DNA of 64,000 nt from Camelus ferus. Taxonomy: Eukaryota. A program made the position numbers and the translations under genes. Under the pieces are notes generated by a model. The model was not told where the DNA came from. It saw only the letters and a list, made by a program, of their open reading frames with translations, and searched no databases. The stretch's first letter is position 1; every line of letters starts with the position of its first letter. Positions 49,031-62,068 of this stretch are shown here, piece after piece. Location: the NCBI RefSeq assembly GCF_009834535.1, contig NC_045704.1, forward strand, positions 29,760,001 through 29,824,000, read 5' to 3'.

Positions 49031-51127
49031 TTTTGGGACAGGAACTGCCGGCACCCCTCATAGAGGGCTGCTTTTGAGATCACCTGCCATACTATTACCA
49101 TTGCATTTCCTTGTCTTTTCCTTCTACAAGGGCTGTTGAAGGTCACATCACAAACCGGATGTCTGTCATAACAGAGAATTCTTCCCTGATAAAAGAGGTA
49201 GTTGGGGGAACAAGTGCTTGGCTTGGTGATTTTAGAAGTCTTGATTTGTCAAAGCCAAGAATAGCCTTGTAATAATAAAGGGAAAAAATTGCTTGCGATT
49301 CCAAAGGGAGTCATGATTTAGCGATAGTCCCGAAGGAAAATTAGGGTCCGTGTGTGACGGCTCCTCTCCTTCCTGCTGCCTCCTGAGAGACGATTACTCA
49401 TTCGTAATTTATTAGCTAATTATGCACGGGCAAAGGAGTATGAATCACTTCATTTAGATGATAGCAATTAGCGAGGACTTGTTGGAGTTCTTTCTGCTGT
49501 GGTTCTGAGTGTGTTTAGACAACACAGGTGCTGCCTGGGCCAGGATACCTCTGGGGAGGAGGTCCTCCATTTCCCCTGCACCTGCCAAGCTAGCAAGTCG
49601 TTCCATCCTAACTCCTCCCTGATCTCCTCTGACGGGACTGCTTTCTGATCTGTCTTCCCTTCACCTCTTACAGGTTCTGCAACCTTGGGCAAGTCGTCTC
49701 ACCTCTCTGGACCCCATCTGTAAAATGGAATCATCTACTCTCCCTGCTAGCATGCAGGAGGCTGGATGGATTTGGAATCCCTGGGTGTTTGGTTTGCTCC
49801 TAACACACCAGAAAGTGGAGGAAACACCGGTCCTGAGAACCCACTGCTCCACGCCCACTGCAGGGATGCACTGTCCATGTGCTTATGGATCCAGGCTCCA
49901 GGGTGCGCCTACCACCATAGCATTTATTAGCAAAGGGCAGCCAACAATCTCAGGGTCCAAGAACAGGAGAACAGCTAAATGAAATGTGATGTATTCAAAT
50001 GATGGAATCCTACCAATCAGTTACCAGGACTGACCTAAATCTCTGTATGTCAACATGGATAGTGGCAAATTGCCAAATCATTATACAGTAGGATCTCATT
50101 CATGCCGAGAAATTGATATAAAATAATGTTACACATTTTCTGAGGAGAAGGATCTCAATCAGTCAATCAATCAATCAATCCTCTATCTATATTTGTATTC
50201 TGATGAAGGATACTGCAGGTCCAGAACAACGCATCAAATTAGGAGCTTAAAAGCATCAGAATATCATGGATAAAAATCCCTTTGGTAACTGCTCTCCAAT
50301 CCCAAATCCTTGATCACTTCCACGGAGGGTAGGAGCTGGATTTGGGAGGGTGACAAAGAAGAGTTTAATTGTATCAGAATATTCTAACTTAAAAAATGTG
50401 AACTAGGCAATTATGAACACCTGATGCCCCAACTCACTCCAAGGGTTCTGCCCTGGGGCCCCCGAAGTTCCTCCCAGCCCACTGCCACTCTTGCCTCAGT
50501 CCTCCACCCCCCAGCTCCTCTCTTTACACTAAGACAGATTTTAATAAAGTTGCCGCATGTGGAATAGGATTACCAGTTCATCTGATTTTCACTATTTGAA
50601 GTCCTAGGGGAAGAAAAGCCTTGTTTAACTCAATTCATAACACTATTAATCCAACCATAAACCTTCTGACGACTTGAAAAGAAAGAAGAGAATTCATTAC
50701 AGCCCATTGCTAAGCGTCAAATCCTTCCTCTCACACACCAGCAGGTGAGACTCTTGGAGGCCGCTGGCCCTGGGTCTCTCCGAAGGTCATTCTCAGAGCA
50801 GACTCCCGGCACAGAGCTGACTGAATGGAGATTGTGTGGGAGCTCTCACTCCTTCCCTCTCCTTCCACACTCCCCATGTGGGGCAACTGGGGCCCAGAGA
50901 GGTTGTGTATGTTGGCCAAGGTCACAAAGCTAAAAAGCAACAGATTGGACTAACTCAGCTCTCCTGATTTTATACCGAGGGATTCATTCATTGTAAAGAT
51001 AGTTATAAATGTGCTTTTATAAGTTTACACACAACCATTCTACTTCTGGGTATCCAGTACAGGGAAGTAATTCTAAATATGGAAAAAGCTGTATCCTTAG
51101 TATGTTCATCACAGTATAATTCATAAT

Positions 51128-51880
51128 TTTTTTTATTGAATCAGAGTTGATTTACAATGTATTAATATCTGGTGTACAGCACAGTGATTCATTTATACAT
51201 ATTCCTTTTCATATTCTTTTTCATTATAAGCCATTACAAGGTATTGAATATAGCTCCCTGTGTTATACAGTAGGACCTCACTGTTTATCTATTTTATTTA
51301 TAGTAGTTTGTATCTATGAACCCCAGTTTATTCCTCTACCTTCTGTTTCCCCACTGGTAACCATAAGTTTGTTTTCCATGTCTGTAAGACTGTCTCTTTT
51401 TTGCAAATAAGTTCATTTTGGTCCTTTTTTTTTTTTTTTAAAGATTCCACATGTAGGTGGCATCATACGGTATTTTTCTTCCTCTTTCTGGCTTACTTNN
51501 NNNNNNNNNNNNNNNNNNNNNNNNNNNNNNNNNNNNNNNNNNNNNNNNNNNNNNNNNNNNNNNNNNNNNNNNNNNNNNNNNNNNNNNNNNNNNNNNNNNN
51601 NNNNNNNNNNNNNNNNNNNNNNNNNNNNNNNNNNNNNNNNNNNNNNNNNNNNNNNNNNNNNNNNNNNNNNNNNNNNNNNNNNTAGAGTGCAGGTGTCTTT
51701 TTGAATTAGAGTTTGCCCCAGATAAATGCCCAGGCGTAGGATTGATAGATCATGGGGTAAGTCTATTTCTAATTTTTAAAGGAATCTCCATACTGTTTTC
51801 CATAATGGCTGCCCCAAATTACATTCCCACCATCAGTGTAGAAGGATTCCCTTTTCTCCACATCCTTTCCAGCCTTCACA
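51128..51880 (-). mobile_element. Lineage-specific L1 3' end (spans a gap) inside an old L1ME
   Basis: tttttattgaatcagagttgatttacaatgt...gaaggattcccttttctccacatcctttccagc. Confidence 0.8.
51499..51682. other. Assembly gap (184 N)
   Basis: Run of N in the sequence. Confidence 0.99.
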
Positions 51881-52314
51881 GTATTAACTCATAATTTTAA
51901 GTCCTGAATCAGTCTAAATGGATACCATTAGCGAAATTCTGTTAACAACTTATGACCAATGGTTATTATGCCACCATCAAAAATGTTTCAAAGACTCAAT
52001 AACATGGCTAATACTCATACTGAAGAAAATATGGCAGGATGAAAATGGTCCATATAAAGTTGTTTGATTATAATTTTATAAAATATACATGTATAGGAAA
52101 AGACTGGAAGAAACAGAGCATGTTGCCACACAAGGGCTTGTCACTGATTCCCCACATGTTTAATAATAAGTGATTGAACCTGTTTCAAGTTATTATAGTG
52201 TGATCCTTATATATATTTCCTTTTTGTGATTCTGTTCCCCCAAAATATTTTGTAATGTGCTACTATTGGTTTTTAATTGATATATTTCAATTTTGGAAAA
52301 GCAGTTTCACCTAT

Positions 52315-52750
52315 TGTCTTAGGTCCATTTCCCTGTAAAAGAGACTTGGAGAAAGAGATTTGCATGTAGAAGCTTTCTGGGAAGAGCTCTCGGGACCAAG
52401 ATCTGTGAGGGGTGAGGGACAGAGATGTGTGCAGAGGGAGAGGTTGGGCTGCAAGGCACTTGCAGCAAAATTCTCAGCTGATCCCATGGGGATCTCCGCA
52501 GTTGGGATGGGCCTCAGGATTCTCTGAATTGAGATGAGGGGACCAGCCTCTGCACCCACACAAAGGCAGGGATTGGGTGGAGGCTGTCCCCAGGGAGAGG
52601 ATGGAACCTTGGGAAAGGCAGTTTCCCTCACCTCAAGGCAGCTCCTGGGGAGGGACTCAGCTCTCAGCCCCAAAGTGCCCTGAAGTTCCTTGGTCCTGAA
52701 AGAGGGATCTGGCAAGTGCATTACCGCATTGGGTAAACCTATCATAACAC
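52315..52750 (-). mobile_element. LTR16-like ERVL LTR
   Basis: tgtcttaggtccatttccc...gatttgcatgtagaagctttctgggaagagctc...ctcagctgatcccatgggg. Confidence 0.7.
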
Positions 52751-54215
52751 ACACCCGTGCCTGGCAGCAAAGCAAATTGACTCAGACTCATTTCATAGAT
52801 GAGGAAATTGAGGTATAGAGCGCCTTTATGATTTTTCCAGGTCACAAAGCCAGAAAATGCATGTATTTAATAATCATGATTGCAAAGCCAGGACAAGAAG
52901 CCAGGTATCCTGACTTCCAGACTGTCCACTGCCCCACCCTGCCTGAGGCATAACCTTGAGAATTCTGCCCCAAAGCATCAGGATGTAAGACTAAGAAAGA
53001 CCTGAGGATCTTGGGCTATGCCCCAGGGAAGTCTGAGGCAAAGAGCAGGGCTTCCTTCAAGGGGGATGGAGGTGTCTGCCCACCCCTGGCAGGCCAGCTG
53101 GAAGGAACCAGGGAATAAAGCTCATTATATCACAGGACCCAAGAAACACAAGGTCTGGTCCTCCCAGGCCTGGGCACTGACAGCCGGCTGCCTGCCATCC
53201 CTGCAGAAGCTTCTCAAGAAACTGAAGCAGAGCAGGGAAGGTCAGTGAGCAACTTGATCCTTGATTTACCAGCAAATATTTCATGCAGCACTGGGGACAT
53301 GGCAGAGAATGTGGCAGATGATGAGGGCCCTGCCCATGCAGGCGCTAGAGTTTTGTAGGGCATCCAAGAGAGGCAGTGATTGTACAGTTTCAGAGTCCAA
53401 GCTTGGGGGCCAGACAGCCTAGGTTTGAAGCTTGTCTCTCCCACTCATGAGGTGTGAGAACTGGGGTGCACCTCCCTAAACCTGCCTCATTTTCCTTACC
53501 TATGAAAATGGGATGTTGGTAGCAGCATGTACCTTCGAAATCCTTTCTAATCCACATTCATGCCCATCACATCATTCAGTTCTTAAAACATTGGGGCAAG
53601 GTGGGCACTAGGAAATGTAATCCCACTGGCGGTGCTCATGGTCATGAGGTCTATGATGAATCCATCCCAACCCCAGGGGCTACTGCCCAACACCACCAGT
53701 GCCCAGGTGTTCCACCAGCCAGTGCCTCTTTAATCCCCGAGCAGAGAAGCTCATGCATTGCCACATCACCATGGCTCAGTAGCTTGGATAAAGACCCCCT
53801 CACACTCACATGTGGCCTCTGGGTGCCCCTCACCACTGGGCTCCCCCTCACACGCCAGGGAGGAGTCAGCCTCAGTAGAGCTGGGGGTCCTCCCTGGGCC
53901 AGGCATAAACTCCTCTCCAGCTTGGGAAGATGTTCCATTTCCCAGACTCCAAGCAATATCACCTACACTCTCCAGAGACATTAACTGCTGCTCCTATGTG
54001 GTCAAATAATGATCACTCCTTAAACTTTTGGGAAAAAAAAGCTAAATATAAATGTAACACAGACAGATGATAAAAACAGACAGCTCAAGAAGGCAAATCA
54101 TGAAAACGACACACCTGTCTTCTCTTACCTTACCACACAACCTTCAGAATTTTGTTTCTCAGGGAAATTCACTTCTTGTGGTCTCTACCAGCCTATATAT
54201 GTACACATCCTTTTT

Positions 54216-54683
54216 TAAAATTTTTTTTTATTGGGTTATAGTCAGTTTACAATGTTGTGTCAACTTCTGGTGTATAGCACAATTCTTCAGTCAAACGTGA
54301 ATATACATATATTCATTTTCATATTCTTTTTTACTGTGAGCTACTACAGGATATTCAATACAGTTCCCTGTGCTATACAGTATAAACTTGTTTATCTATT
54401 TTATATATACCAGTCAGTATCTGCAAATCTCGAATTCCCAGTTTATCTCTTCCCACCCTCCTCCCCACTGGCAACCACAAGTCTGTATTCTATGTCTATG
54501 AGTCCGTTTCTATTTCATATATATGTTCATTTGTCTTTTGTTTTTTAGATTCCACATATGAGTGATATCATATAGCATTTTTCTTTCTCCTTCTGGCTTC
54601 ACTTAGAATGACATTCTCCAGGTACATCCATGTTGTTGAAAATGGCATTATGTTGTCTTTTTATGGCTGAGTAGTATTCCATC
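54216..54683 (-). mobile_element. Lineage-specific L1 3' end with TSD
   Basis: TSD ACACATCCTTTTT at 54203-54215 and 54684-54696. Confidence 0.85.
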
Positions 54684-54696
54684 ACACATCCTTTTT

Positions 54697-54838
54697 AAAA
54701 AAAAATTTAGTGGGGGAGGTACTTAGGTTTATAGTATATAAAAAATAAATAATATTTTTTATTGGAGGTACTGGGGATTGGACTAATGACCTTGTGCATG
54801 CTAAACACACACTTTACCACTGAGCTATTACCCTTCCC
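54697..54838 (-). mobile_element. tRNA-derived camelid-type SINE
   Basis: ggggaggtacttaggttt...ggaggtactggggattgg...gaccttgtgcatgctaa...accactgagcta. Confidence 0.8.
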
Positions 54839-54891
54839 TCTGCATTCTTAAAATGTATACAAACGGGGTGATAATGATGCAGGAAAACATA

Positions 54892-55525
54892 TGTGGGGTG
54901 TAAGGAGGGCCGTGTCCCAGGTCTTGGTGGAGCCCCTGGGACACTCTCCACCAGATGTGGGTCCTTGGCTTCATACAGGAAAGAATTCAAGTGCGAGCCA
55001 CAGTTGAGTAAAGGTAGATTTATTTAGGGAGATACATACTGCATAGAGTGCAAGGCAAGAGAAAGGCAAGGAAAGAGATGTGGGAATTGGATTCTCAGGT
55101 TAAAGTAAAAGTAGGTACACACTCCATAGACAGAGTGCGGTCCATCTCCAAAGAGGAGGGAGCAAAAAAGGGCAGCCAGGCATGGTGTTGCCGATTTTTA
55201 TGGGCTCGGTAGCTTCACATGCCTACAGGTGGGACCATTCCAACTACCCTGGGGAAGGCGCTGGGATTCCCAGGAACTTGGCCACTGCCCACTCTTTGAC
55301 CTTTTGTGGTTAGCCTTGGGGCTGTCATGGTGCTTGCAGGCATGTTATTGATTGCGCTAATATGTTACAATGAGTATATAATGAAGCTCAAGGTATACTA
55401 GAAGTCAATCTTCCCATCATCTTAATCCTCAAGGCCAACTGGGAGTTGAATCTTCTACCATTTTGGTGTTAATTGCAGTGTCATTCCTTGAATGGCTGTG
55501 CCCTGCCCTCTTTCCTCCTGTGTCA
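54892..55525 (-). mobile_element. ERV-type solo LTR (probably lineage-specific)
   Basis: TG...CA termini. tttatt near the left end (AATAAA on the minus strand). It interrupts an old L1 fragment. No clear TSD. Confidence 0.6.
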
Positions 55526-55866
55526 ATAATATAGATACAGTGCTGCATCTCACCCTTTCACTTAAGAATATTTCATGGAGCCTACATATTAGTACATTTA
55601 AAACTATTCGATCTATTTTGATGGACATAGCAACAATTCTAATTCTTTTACAGGCTACCTTTAATTTCTAATTCTCTAACATTTTTTATTTAATTCTCCT
55701 TCTTTTTAATATACTCACCACGCCTTATTTAAACACATAACTCTTGTTGGCTGTTCAGCTGTTGGCGACACAAACAATGAGCATTTTGAATATGTATCTT
55801 GGAGAGCATACCCTTAGGGTAAATCCTAGAGATAATGTTATTTTGAAGTTACACATGGGGATTTTT

Positions 55867-55976
55867 TTGGGGTGAGGACTAGGTTTATTTATTTACCTTA
55901 ATTGAGGTACTGGGGATTGAAACTGGGACCTCTTGCATGCTAAGCACACATTCTACCACTGAGCTATACCCTCCCT
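55867..55976 (-). mobile_element. tRNA-derived camelid-type SINE
   Basis: gaggtactggggattgaaactgggacctcttgcatgctaagcacacattctaccactgagctataccctccc. Imperfect TSD cacatggggattttt / cacgtgggattttt. Confidence 0.85.
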
Positions 55977-56595
55977 GCCACGTGGGATTTTTAAAAATAA
56001 AAATCCTGTATCACATGCTTCTATATTTACCCTCAAGATGAGGAAATGTTTTGTTGGAGACAATGCAAATGTCCCTTTTGGTGCAAACAGGGGCACCACA
56101 AGTTTTAGTTGTATCTGCATGTGAGTCCTATCCTCATACTGCAGTTGGGGTTCAGAAGCAGACACGGCATGGACAACCCAAAGAACTGCCCATTTTTAGA
56201 TAGCCAGTCAATCTCTGCTTCATTACCCTAGATTTGGAAGTATTTAAGGGGTAGTGTTGGCTGATTACAAATCTAACCTGCGGCCTGCAGTCGAGTTACT
56301 AATTGGTCTTTGTGCCTCTTGCTGCTGATGCCTGGCAGTAAGCTGTGACCTGGACATGCTTTTTTTCTAGTTCTTTGGAAGGCAGGTCACTCAGCAGCAT
56401 CAGTGCAAATCCCTTCTCATATAGGGTGAGACCCAGGGGCAGGGGTCACAGCACATGTGAGTATCTATAGGTAACACCTATGGAGTACTTATTACATGCC
56501 AGACTGTTTTAAGTGTCTATGTGGGTTAACTCATTTAATTCTTAGAACAAACATATAGTGTAGGTACAATTATCCACATTTACATAGGAGGGAAC

Positions 56596-56993
56596 TGTGG
56601 TGATTATCGGTGCTGCTCAGCAGATGGTTTTATGGTTTTCTTTCCAAGCATATGATGGGTTTGCATATTCCTGCCCACTTTGAAATTAGGGATAGCCATG
56701 TGAGTTGCTTTGATTAAAAAAAAACTGTGAACAGAAGTGTCTTGCATCTCTTCTAGGGGGAAGCTTGAAGAGCCAGGGGGTGATTGGTTCCTTTCCCTCT
56801 GTCACAGAAACTGACAGTGCTCTTTATGCCAAGTACTCTGTCAATCAGGTCCCAAAGTGAGGATGATGTGGAGCAGGACCCCCAGGCAATCCATGATGGA
56901 CATGGAGTGTGAACACAAAGTAAATTTTATTTTTAGCCACTGTGATTCTGGGATTGTTTGTTATCATAGGGTAACCTATCTTATCCTGGAACA
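56596..56993 (+). mobile_element. MLT1 solo LTR inserted into a MIR
   Basis: Termini tgtggtg...ggaaca. 5-bp TSD GGAAC at 56591-56595 and 56994-56998. The MIR continues on both sides. Confidence 0.8.
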
Positions 56994-58019
56994 GGAACTG
57001 AAATCAGAGATATTAAGTAAGTTTCTCAAGGTCACACAGCTAATAAGTAGAAGAACAAGAATTTGAACCCAGATATTCTGGTGCCAGAATTTGCCTGCCT
57101 TTCTTACTCTAGTATATGGCCTGCCTGCTTAAGGACTCCAGGTTGGAACTTGAAGGGCAGAATCAAAAGCTCTTTCTAAAATTCTGAGTGTCTTTGGGAG
57201 TAGGGCTCCAGGATGTCAGGTTGACAGCCCCCTCATCATCTGGGCTTTTCAAGTTGAAAGTAACAGAAATGCAACTTAAACTGGTGTTTTATGTGCATAT
57301 GTTTAAACAGTCAGTGAATAGAATTGGCTTAAGAACCAGGGCTTCAGACAGTTCCTCCAGACACTGTCTCCCCATCATTTGACTCTGCTTTCATCTGTGT
57401 TGGCTTCAGTCTCAGGCAGCCTCCTGCCTTAGGGGAGCAACTTAGTGTCCCAGAGGAGATGCATTTTTGTACTGCCCACCTCACAGGAAGTTTTTAAGGA
57501 CTGGATGAGATGGTGTGTTTGAATGTGATTGAAGGAAAGAGAAGGATAAACATTTGTGGTCATCTAGCTGGTCTGTGTTAGCTGATGAGAGTTTAAAATT
57601 CCCCTGTCACTGGAGAGAGGAAGAATGAATGACATGGAGGGAAGGTCCTGCTGCAGAGGTCAGGGCTGAGGTTCCAGCACACAAAACCCAGAGGGACTAT
57701 TACATTCCAGCCAGAGAGGAAGGGACCAGTGCCCATGGAGCAAGGTTATGGCAGAAGACATGACTGTAGGGAGTGGCAGCAGCTGTGTACAGCCAGCACC
57801 AGATGGGGGTGCTCCTCAGAGTAGGACCTTCCTTTTCTAGAACTGGTGCTCATTCTCCAAGGGGAAGACTCCTGTGGGCATATCTGTATGACAGGACCCT
57901 AATTGGTCTGGGAAGGGGGATATGTGACCAGGCTGAAGCCATCAGGTTCTCTTTGCTGGGAGTACTACACTTGGGACAGAGACTAAGAAGCTTAGGCATC
58001 ATTGTGCTTTTATTAGTAA

Positions 58020-58540
58020 AATTTTATTGAGCACCTACTAAATGCCTGATGTTGTCCTAGGTACTGGGGTTTCAGATCACTTTTTCTAGGTCAACATAAA
58101 TTTTAAAAGATAGATTTATTAGGATGCAACTAAATATACAGATAATTTCAGATGATAACTGCTCTAAAGGAAATAAAACAGAGGAGTATGACAAAGAATG
58201 ACTAGGTAATCAGAGAAGGCTTCTCTGAGAAGGGTCATTGAAGCTAAGTCCTGAAGGAGAACATTTTTATGGGAAGAAGTGGGGAAGCAGATTCCCGAAA
58301 GGAGGGACAGAAAGTACCCAGGTGGCAAAACTTGGCATTATGTAGGGTCAGAAGGAAAGCCGGTGTGGATGGAAGATGGTGAGCAAGGGGGAGAGTGATA
58401 TTTGTGAGTCTGGAGAAGTAGGTAGGGGCTGGATCGTGCAAAGCCTTGATGGCCACAGCAAAGGGCTTGGTTTTTATCCCACATGCTCTACAAAGTGGAG
58501 TCCTGAGAAAGGCTGTCATGGTTAGGTGGATCCCTGGAGC
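58020..58540 (-). mobile_element. L2 LINE fragment
   Basis: ttattgagcacctactaaatgcc...cagagaaggcttctctgagaaggg...gccttgatggccacagcaaagggcttggttttta. Confidence 0.7.
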
Positions 58541-58662
58541 TGTCCGGGGTCCTGCCCTCCCAGTGCTTCGGCTTCTTAGCAATATGTGACAGAGTGAATC
58601 AGGTCCCTCACCTCTCAACATCCTCTGTCACACTATCTTCACTTAGGGAAAATGTCAGCCAG

Positions 58663-58686
58663 AGCTAGCTTCTGCAGAAGCTAGCT
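58663..58686. repeat. Perfect 24-bp palindrome
   Basis: AGCTAGCTTCTGCAGAAGCTAGCT equals its own reverse complement. Confidence 0.95.
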
Positions 58687-58714
58687 TATCCTTCTTTCTG
58701 CTGGAAGCATCTTG

Positions 58715-59160
58715 TCTAATGTACAAAGGTATCTTTGATCAGCTTCCCCAAGCCCAGAGCCTGGGATGGGAATTTTGTGCAAGTGATCCACTGAGGGATT
58801 ATGCTCAGAAGAAACTTGTAATGCAGTGAGGAAGGCAGGATAGGGCAGGGGAAGAAGCAATAATGTGGTTTCAGCTGACATCTAGGCTCAGCCCAACTCC
58901 TGAGAAGGCCCTGGAGCACAAATAGTCCCATAGAATCACATTGTCTTGAGGCGAGGTGACCAGGCTTTTGTATCCTCGTGCCAGTCACTGCTTGCAGGCC
59001 CCCAGGATTCTCTGGGCAAGATGGTTCCCATAAGTCAGGGCAATTCTCTGGAGAAAGTTGCAGCTGTGAGCCCTCAGCAGCCCAAATATGCAGCATGGTT
59101 TGTAACTGGCCCAGTGATGGGGATTTGAATGGGGGCACCAACAGCACCTTATGTAAAGAA
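58715..59160 (-). mobile_element. LTR16-like ERVL LTR
   Basis: cccagagcctgggatgggaattttgtgcaagtgatcc...ggcaagatggttccc...gggggcaccaacagc. Confidence 0.6.
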
Positions 59161-60599
59161 CATGGTGTATTTCCTTGGAGGGAGGCTTGAGGCTGGGCCA
59201 AAGGCCATGGTAGATATGGAGGAAATGCACCAGACCCTGGCTGCAGAGGCCAGTTAATCCCTAGATTCTGTTAGTGAGCTCTGGGAGATACTGGGTGTTC
59301 TGCCCTGGTTGGGACTGGAATGAAGACACTGGACATCTGAAGATGCTCGTCCTGGACCCATAACTTGTGCTAAAGGTAAATGACTTCACCTGTGATGCTG
59401 GCCAGCCTGCTATGGCTGAGGATCACTCTCCCTGTTCTACAAGTGGGGTCGTGGGGGCTCAGAGAGGTTATGTGGCTGGCCTCAAGTTACACGGTTAGTT
59501 ACTTGGTGGGATTTGACTGGCTCTGGACCTGGACCATGACAGTGTCTGGAGGAGTAGGGCTGGGAAAGGTGGGAAGGAAGAGCATCCTCGGTGAGTCTCT
59601 CTGGGGCAAGACTCGCATTGGGGCATCTCCACCCCACCTGGAAAGCATGACAGGCTGCAATTTCTCACTTACTTTGTTCTTATTTATCTTTCTTTCAGGG
59701 TGAGGAACCCAAATTACATTTCTTTCTAGCTCCCACAGATGCCACATTTCTCTTCTCTGTCCATTGCTTATCCTCCTCCCTCCCTCCAGTGACTGCAGAG
59801 CCTGGTGTCAGCATGTAAGGTGCATAGTAATGGCCACGGTGGGAGCCCTGGCTCACTGCTCATTTCTGCCAGGTCCTGTGACACCTTAGCTGTGACCGTA
59901 AAAGCCATTTGCATGGAAGATTTGGGCTGGTGGGAGGTGTGGGTGGCTCAGAGTTTTCTGTTTAGTATGCCAACTCTGCAATCTTTGCCATAACTTCATA
60001 AAGTTTGGGATATCCTTTACTTGCTTAAAAAAAAATTGGCTCATATTTATTACCCAAAGACATTTAGTTTAGAAAGAGACTTTATGACCACTACCATAAA
60101 TAGAAAAAAGCACTTACTTACCATAACTACAAAACTTTAAAAATGATTAAAATGGCTTACAATTAAAATCAATTTGTGGATCAGCTGTGGTATACGTTTG
60201 ACATTTTGGGAAACACTGGCATAGTTCAAAGAGTACAGGACTAGCTGTCAGGACGTTGTATCCTGGTTCAAATTCTTCTATTAACATAACAATGACAACA
60301 ACACCAGCAAGAATAAGAATAACATTCAATGTTTGTAGATCATATATTAGCAGTCAAGTACTGTGTTAAATACTTTCTACTGATCATTTCATTTAATCCT
60401 CACATTCTTATTTTGGGGCCCAAAAAAAGCAGACTCTGGGCTGAGGATTTATGTGCAAATGATATTTTAAGGAGCTGCTCTTGGGAGAGGCAGGAAGGGA
60501 GTGACAAACTCTGGAGTAGGCTTTGGTTTTAGGGAGTGGGTGGGGAAAGTATTACAGGCAGGGAATGTTCTCTGTGAAATTCCAGTCATGGCAAAAAGG

Positions 60600-61060
60600 C
60601 AACTCCTTTAGTTTGATTGTGTCAGAGAACCAAGTCAATACGGCTTCATCAAAAGGAATGTATTGCTTTAGTTTAACGAAAACGGTCAAGAGCAGCTGCA
60701 GGCAAGGCTGCACGTCCTTGGAGTTGTCTGCATCTCTGATCTCAGCTGTTGTTAATGTTGGATTCTTCCACGATGCAGGATCTCCCCACATGGTGGCTCC
60801 AGGCTTACCTCAAGCCAGATTATAACCACAGTGGAAGGAGAGAAGCTCTTTCTCATATTCCTTCAAAAGCCCTAGGGAAGGCTCTCATTGGCCCAGAGTA
60901 AGTCACATGACTGCCTCTGAAGCAATCACTCTGACCAGGAGATGTGCTCTGATTGGCTAGCCTTGGCCACATGTCTGTCCCCAGATGCTGAGGAATGGGG
61001 GCTAGTCAGGCTTGCCTGAACCACATGCACTGAGACTGGGGGATAGAGACATACATAGCA
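60600..61060 (-). mobile_element. MLT1 solo LTR
   Basis: ggaaggctctcattggcccagagtaagtcacatg...ctgattggctagccttggccacatg. Confidence 0.7.
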
Positions 61061-62027
61061 GAGAAGCTGGCTAGCAGAAAACAGCCCCATCTGCCTACAT
61101 GCCAAGCCAGGTTTGCTCTGCAGGTCAGGGGAGAAGTGCAGAGGACAGCAATGAACTGCACACTTTTAAATGTGCTGACTACATTCCGGGAGGGGTTTCC
61201 CACTGGCAGCCCAGAATGCAATCAACCTGCTGCTTTTGCCAACCCCAGCACCTGTCATATTTCATCTTCTTTTAAATGGCTTCAAGGATATGAAAGTCAT
61301 AAAAGCAAACCCAGGTAGGGTCAGAAGTGGCTGGCTCCTCTGTGTGGAGGGCTGTAACTTCTGGGCTCTTTACTCTGCCACATATTTGCATGGCCCCATT
61401 GTAGCTAAGCACAACCCCAGTAGATATTCAAATGAGGCTTAAGGGTCTGGGTGGAAATATATCACAACTGCTTGCCTGCCCCCAGGATGTACTCAAAATA
61501 AAAAAGTACGGTGGAGATTACCTTCTTCATAATTGTTGTATATTTCTTTCACCTCACAGCAGCTTAAGTTGGCTTTCAAAGAAAAAAAAATGTTGTTTCT
61601 GAGCAGCAGAGAAACATTTTAATGAACACCACAGGGTTTACTGATCACCGTTAATGAGTGAAAAACGAGTGTCCTGCAGGAACCTTCTGTCTATCTTTAG
61701 AAACCGCCCTGGATGATGGAGGGGCGGAGGTGATGGAACTGTGTGCGTGAGTCTGCAGACTAGAAAACAAAGACGTCATGTCTTTAAGGCTGTCTGTAAT
61801 GGACACTTCAGGAGCCAGCAAAACTTGTTTGCACCTTTGTTGGTGCCCTTCCCAATCAATAGCAGTAGTTAAGCCGAGATTTACTGACTTCTATTAAGAG
61901 CTGTGGCAGAAATATTCAAAGAAACGAAACTCAACAGAAACATTTCAGTCTCACCAGGGCTCTTTATCCACCATGGTGATTTGGAGGATGCTTAATGAGA
62001 AAGGCTCTCTCTTGCCAGTATACACAC

Positions 62028-62068
62028 TGTATATGTGTGTACGCGCATGTGTGCGTGCGCGCATGTGT
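62028..62068. repeat. 41-bp uninterrupted purine-pyrimidine alternation (Z-DNA-prone)
   Basis: tgtatatgtgtgtacgcgcatgtgtgcgtgcgcgcatgtgt. Confidence 0.8.

Noticed and set aside
52311-52775. 154-aa ORF, and similar ORFs at 27489-28619 and 58716-59230
   Set aside because: They coincide with GC-rich LTR16-like LTRs and are chance open frames.
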